The notes beneath the pieces are model-generated. The model made no database searches, had not been told where the DNA came from, and saw only the letters and a list, made by a program, of their open reading frames with translations. The position numbers were made by a program, and so were the translations under genes. A DNA stretch of 63,668 bases, counting the filler, from Reticulomyxa filosa (Eukaryota; Protista; Foraminifera), in assembly GCA_000512085.1 (NCBI GenBank). It is 19 parts of 19 records of this genome, joined end to end, with 100 filler letters (N's around TTAATTAATTAA, not from the genome) between each part and the next. Parts side by side here need not be neighbours in the genome. Positions count along the whole stretch, not along the records: positions 62,505 to 63,668 come from ASPP01009198.1; 18 more parts are not named here. One strand, 5' to 3'. Positions within the stretch are counted from its first letter, which is position 1. The number at the start of each line of letters is the position of its first letter. Below are positions 63,531-63,668 of the stretch, piece after piece.

Positions 63531-63668
63531 GTGGTTATTATTTTTTTTTATTTCGTTGATCGTTTTGTGTTTGTAGTTATGGTATAATTATTCTTGTTTT
63601 TTTTTTTTGGTATGTTGTATACGTATCTCATATTCAATTAAGTGTTTCAAATTTTTTTTTTTTTTTTT

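Noticed and set aside
1-63668. tRNA, rRNA, telomeric arrays and intact transposons
   Set aside because: I saw no convincing cloverleaf or T-loop, rRNA-like tract, telomere repeat array, or transposase/RT motif by eye. A covariance-model scan would be needed to exclude small RNAs.

Overview
This is not a contiguous prokaryotic locus. It is a concatenation of 19 short, AT-rich eukaryotic contigs joined by 18 identical artificial spacers (N44-TTAATTAATTAA-N44), so adjacency across spacers carries no biological meaning. The genes have short AT-rich GT-AG introns and use the standard code. Homopolymer and (TA)n/(AAT)n tracts are abundant, WD40 paralogues recur, and many genes are decayed. This pattern fits a protist, most plausibly the foraminiferan Reticulomyxa filosa (inference from gene style, not verified). 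Recognisable genes, many partial: DPH3, CKS1, AP-1 mu, PNPO, coronin, a WW-domain myosin, a two-repeat gelsolin-like protein, a dually acylated EF-hand protein, ICMT-family, PH, BTB, TraB-like and CRT10-like proteins, a divergent alpha-kinase, a eukaryotic SecA-DEAD-like ATPase, and a TRF/Tbf1-like telobox Myb protein. Pseudogenes include a mitochondrial carrier, WD40, ubiquitin, a monoglyceride-lipase-like hydrolase, a HECTD1-type SUN/F5-8-like domain and an unknown ~0.9-kb tandem domain. The most striking signal is a set of short micro-inversions bounded by inverted repeats inside decayed coding sequence. Two can be shown directly: flipping 26582-26619 or 29633-29707 restores an in-frame, homologous protein. 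Two further long hairpins of similar geometry (28456-28536, 46262-46326) and microhomology-bounded deletions also occur.
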